Shown here piece by piece: positions 60,906 to 64,000 of a DNA stretch of 64,000 nt. Source of the DNA: an uncultured Gemmatimonadaceae bacterium (lineage in GTDB: Bacteria > Gemmatimonadota > Gemmatimonadetes > Gemmatimonadales > Gemmatimonadaceae). The first letter of the stretch is position 1. Each line of letters starts with the position of its first letter. The notes below the pieces were generated by a model. That model searched no databases and had not been told where the DNA came from. It saw only the letters and a list, made by a program, of their open reading frames with translations. The stretch is taken from the NCBI GenBank assembly GCA_963843845.1, contig CAWJMB010000002.1, forward strand, positions 1,632,001 to 1,696,000, given 5' to 3'. The translations under genes and the position numbers were made by a program.

Positions 60906-61946
60906 TCACCGTTCCGGAGACGCGCCCACAGTGATGTCGCGGCCGATCGCGGCCGCGATGGTACGCAGCTCGGGCATCAGCCGAGCGAAGTGTTCGGTGC
61001 TCAGCGTCTGGGCGCCGTCCGAGAGCGCGCGGTCCGGGGTCGGATGCACCTCGAGTATGAGTCCGTCGGCGCCCGCGGCGATCGACGCCCGCGCCATCGA
61101 CGGCACGTAGTCGCGAACGCCGACGCCGTGGCTCGGATCGGCGATGATCGGCAGGTGCGACAGCCGGTGAACGAGTGGGATCGCGGACAGGTCGAACAGG
61201 TTGCGCGTCGCCGAGTCGAAGCCGCGCACGCCCCGTTCGCAGAGGATGACCTGCGTGTTCCCCTCGGCGAGCAGATACTCCGCGGCGAGCAGCAGCTCCT
61301 GGATCGTCGCCGCCATCCCCCGCTTGAGCAGCACCGGGCGTCCGATGCGGCCGAGCGCACGCAGTAGCGAGAAGTTCTGCATGTTGCGCGCGCCGAGCTG
61401 GATGCAGTCAGCGTACTCGGCGACGAGGTGTGCGCCCTCCTCGTCCATCGCCTCGGTGACGATCGCGAGCCCGGTCTCGTCGCGCGCGCGCGCGAGGAAC
61501 TGGAGCCCCTGCTTGCCGAGCCCCTGGAACGAGTACGGCGAGCTCCGCGGCTTGAACGCCCCGCCACGCAGCGCCACGGCGCCGGCCGCGCGTACCGCGT
61601 GGGCGACGGCGATGATCTGCGCCTCGCCTTCGACCGAGCAGGGGCCGGCGATCACCGGGACAGCGCTGCCGCCGAACGCCACCCCGGGCGCGATCTCGAC
61701 GACGGTGTTCTCGGCGCGCCACTCGCGCGAGACCTGCTTGTACGGCGAGGAGACGTGGATGACCTGCGCGACGCCCGGGAGGCCGACGACCGGGGTGCCG
61801 TCGACACGGCGATCGTTCCCGATCAGGCCGACGGCGGTGCACTGCGCGCCGGGCATCTCGACCGGCTGGTAGCCCATCGCGCGGATGACGTCGCAGACTG
61901 CCCCCACCTGCTCGGGCGTCGCGCCGCTCTGCATCACGACCAGCAT
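60906..61946 (-). CDS. aroF: DAHP synthase type I-beta with N-terminal regulatory domain
   Basis: AGPCSVE, KPRSSPYSFQG, ARNMQNF, LCERG, DPSHG, SDG. Confidence 0.93.
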   Translation of the reverse strand: MLVVMQSGATPEQVGAVCDVIRAMGYQPVEMPGAQCTAVGLIGNDRRVDGTPVVGLPGVAQVIHVSSPYKQVSREWRAENTVVEIAPGVAFGGSAVPVIAGPCSVEGEAQIIAVAHAVRAAGAVALRGGAFKPRSSPYSFQGLGKQGLQFLARARDETGLAIVTEAMDEEGAHLVAEYADCIQLGARNMQNFSLLRALGRIGRPVLLKRGMAATIQELLLAAEYLLAEGNTQVILCERGVRGFDSATRNLFDLSAIPLVHRLSHLPIIADPSHGVGVRDYVPSMARASIAAGADGLILEVHPTPDRALSDGAQTLSTEHFARLMPELRTIAAAIGRDITVGASPER

Positions 61947-61964
61947 TCGTTCTCCTCGAAATCG

Positions 61965-62756
61965 TTAGGCGTGCTCGACCCGCGGGTCGAGCGGCAAGGC
62001 GTGTAGCAGGGTCGACCACCCGTCGTGGGCGAGGACGACGGGCCCGGCGAAGCGCTCGGCGATGATGGCTCGCACGTCGACCCCCTCGACGGGCGGGTAG
62101 AAGTGCGTGAGTGCCAGCAGCTTCGGTCGCGCGATCGCCGCGAGCGCGCCGACCTGCTCGGGCGTGAGGTGTGCAGGCACCGCCATCGCCGCCGGCAGGG
62201 AGCATTCGGCGATCAACAGGTCCGCGCCGCGCGCCCACTCGCCGAGCGATGCGTCGTCCGACGTGTCGCCGGTGTAGACCACCCGCGCGCCGCCGAACGT
62301 GACGGAATATGCCACGCTCTCGTCGGTGTGCGGAACCTTGCGACAGGCGAGGGTGACGCCCTCGAACTCGAGCTGAGCGCCGGCCGCGAGCTCGTGGATC
62401 ACGACGGGATAGCCTGGCGCGAGGAGCTTGTCCCAGAGCGCCGCCGCGAGCCGCTCGAAGAGCGCGCGTGTGCCGAGCGGCCCGAACACCGTCACCGGCG
62501 CCGTGCGCGCCGGGAGCTGGCCCCACCGCCAGGCGACGAACAGTGTCGCGAGGTCGCTCGTGTGATCGGCGTCGAAGTGCGTGATGGCCAGGTGAGTGAT
62601 CGCCTGCCAGTCGGTGCCTAACGTCGCCATGCGGTGCACGACGCCGCTGCCGCAGTCGAGGAGCAGCGTCACTGACCCGGCCTCGACGAGATGCCCCGCG
62701 TTCACGCGGCGCGGGTCGGGAGCGGACGCGCCCGTGCCGATCGTGGTGACGCGCAT
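61965..62756 (-). CDS. RNase Z-like MBL-fold hydrolase
   Basis: IGTGAS.P, DCGSG, THFDADH, YTGDT, HLT, THFYP. Confidence 0.8.
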   Translation of the reverse strand: MRVTTIGTGASAPDPRRVNAGHLVEAGSVTLLLDCGSGVVHRMATLGTDWQAITHLAITHFDADHTSDLATLFVAWRWGQLPARTAPVTVFGPLGTRALFERLAAALWDKLLAPGYPVVIHELAAGAQLEFEGVTLACRKVPHTDESVAYSVTFGGARVVYTGDTSDDASLGEWARGADLLIAECSLPAAMAVPAHLTPEQVGALAAIARPKLLALTHFYPPVEGVDVRAIIAERFAGPVVLAHDGWSTLLHALPLDPRVEHA

Positions 62757-62788
62757 CGGAGAAGAACCGTTCGGCACGATCGGGTCCC

Positions 62789-63856
62789 TCAGTGTCGGCC
62801 GCGGAACAACACTTTGCGCGACGTGCGGACGCCGTCAGCCGCGAAGAGGATCTGGTACACACCCTCCGGGACGTGTCGGCCGCGGTCGTCGGTTCCGTCC
62901 CAGGTGGTGCGCGAGTCGCACCCCTCGTTCAGTGCCGTGCGCCCGCGCCCGTAGCGCGCCGCCGGGAGCACGCCGCTCAGGTCGCCGTTCGGAAGGATGC
63001 GCTTGACGTGCAACCCGCGCAGATCGTAGACGTCGAGCTTCACCGTCGACGCCTGCTTGAGGTCGAACCAGATGCAGGTGGCCGATCGCGCGGGCGTCGG
63101 GAAGGGGTTCGGAAAGCTCGGATACATGCCGGTGATGCTGATCGGCACGTCGCTCGCCTCGACGACGAACGGCAAGGGACCGGCGACGGCCGCCTGCGGT
63201 CCGCGCGACACGCGCGCTTCGACGCTCCACCGATACGTCGTGTTCGACTCGAGGTCCGCGCCCGGCACGAACGTCGTGTCGCTGAGCAGCGTCGACACGA
63301 TCGACGCGCCCGTTCCGACGTTCGTGATCGTCACGACGTAGCGCCACGGCCCGGGAGGCTCGTTGATGTCGGGGCTTCGCCAGACGAAGCGCGGCGTGCG
63401 CGTGCGCACGGGCTGGCCGACGACGACCGGCGGCGAGATCGGCGTGACGTACGCCGGAACGGTTTTCGGTCCCGCGATCGAAGAGGCGCCGGTCACCCCC
63501 TGCGGGTCGACCACGCTCGCGCGGTAGTAGACCTGGGCGCCGGGGCCCAGCGGGAAGCTCGGCGCGACGGTCGCGACGCTGTCGCCTGAGAACGTCGTGT
63601 CGAGCACGACACCGCCGGTGAAGGTCGGCGACGTCGAGAGCTGCAACGTGATGCGCAGCGGCCGGGCGGAGCTGAAGCCCGTCGACTGGACGACGAACGT
63701 CGGCGTGACGGACCGCAGCGGCTCTTCCGGCGGCGCGAACACGGCGACGTTCCCTGTCCGCTGTGCGCCGGCCTGCCTAACGATCGTGAGCGACAGGACG
63801 ACCAGCAGCGCGGTCAGCCACGACCGCGCCTCGAGCGCGCGCGAACGTTCGCTCAC
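62789..63856 (-). CDS. Secreted beta-sandwich protein with C-terminal FlgD-Ig/T9SS-CTD-like domain
   Basis: Signal peptide; FPNPF, V.LDVYDL.G..VK, WDGTDD.G..V..GVY, RKVL. Confidence 0.75.
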   Translation of the reverse strand: MSERSRALEARSWLTALLVVLSLTIVRQAGAQRTGNVAVFAPPEEPLRSVTPTFVVQSTGFSSARPLRITLQLSTSPTFTGGVVLDTTFSGDSVATVAPSFPLGPGAQVYYRASVVDPQGVTGASSIAGPKTVPAYVTPISPPVVVGQPVRTRTPRFVWRSPDINEPPGPWRYVVTITNVGTGASIVSTLLSDTTFVPGADLESNTTYRWSVEARVSRGPQAAVAGPLPFVVEASDVPISITGMYPSFPNPFPTPARSATCIWFDLKQASTVKLDVYDLRGLHVKRILPNGDLSGVLPAARYGRGRTALNEGCDSRTTWDGTDDRGRHVPEGVYQILFAADGVRTSRKVLFRGRH

Positions 63857-64000
63857 ACCGGCGCGGGCTCGTCGGCGGTCGCGAGGTCGTCTGCCGCGCG
63901 GTCCGGCGTGCGCTCTGCCGAGTGGGTCGCTGCGCCGTCGCCGTCGACGGCCTGCCCGTCGACGGCCTGCGGTCGACGGCTGCGGAGTCGGACGCTGACG
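63853..64000 (-). CDS. 3' end of an upstream CDS (partial, low-complexity tail)
   Basis: Open frame ..QAVDGQAVDGDGAATHSAERTPDRAADDLATADEPAPV* ending in GTGA overlap with the next gene. Confidence 0.5.
   Translation of the reverse strand, partial: VSVRLRSRRPQAVDGQAVDGDGAATHSAERTPDRAADDLATADEPAPV

Larger units (their letters stand above)
5257..63782. repeat. Dispersed over-represented motif CGTTAGGC(R) / (Y)GCCTAACG, 19 exact copies
   Basis: Manual scan. + strand starts: 5257, 5695, 9351, 23306, 25282, 50932, 53250, 55936, 57070, 58007, 59236, 61963. GCCTAACG (motif on - strand) starts: 12435, 27106, 27496, 48457, 54540, 62616, 63775. Confidence 0.9.

Noticed and set aside
5257..62623. bldA-like TTA-codon translational control as the explanation of the motif
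   Set aside because: Copies are in essential genes, have fixed flanks, and also occur as stops, antisense and in other frames
5257..63782. TTAGGC equals the nematode telomere repeat
   Set aside because: Copies are single, dispersed and in-frame within bacterial genes, never tandem; coincidence
63940..63983. 15-bp tandem repeat CCGTCGACGGCCTGC
   Set aside because: Encodes QAVDG twice in a low-complexity C-terminal tail; ordinary slippage

Overview
High-GC (about 70% by eye) bacterial chromosomal window, most likely Gemmatimonadota (inferred from gene content and order). It holds about 57 densely packed CDS: recR-mglB-mglA, pgsA-cinA-grpE-dnaJ, iscS-mnmA, bshB1-kynA-kynB, a TolC/MacA/ABC exporter, an NtrY-like kinase and NtrX-like regulator, comM, lepB, a sigma-70 factor, two large Ig-fold lipoproteins flanking yajQ, rimO, SpoIID, DUF4105, a hydantoinase/oxoprolinase pair, prfA-prmC-ylbF-tmk-ctpA, lolA and aroF. 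I recognised no tRNA, rRNA, CRISPR array or mobile element. Clusters of 1-nt indels (1-2.1 kb, about 32.1 kb, 34.8-37.4 kb) look like long-read assembly errors. The strongest unexplained signal is a dispersed non-palindromic motif, CGTTAGGC(R). I count 19 exact copies on both strands. It forces rare TTA, GTT-AGG and CCT-AAC codons and supplies stop codons, so it appears selected at the DNA level (candidate uptake-sequence, Chi-like, methylation or nucleoid-protein site). Secondary signals are two giant surface lipoproteins with no Lys, His or internal Met, and several leaderless-type TANNNT-N6-start promoters.
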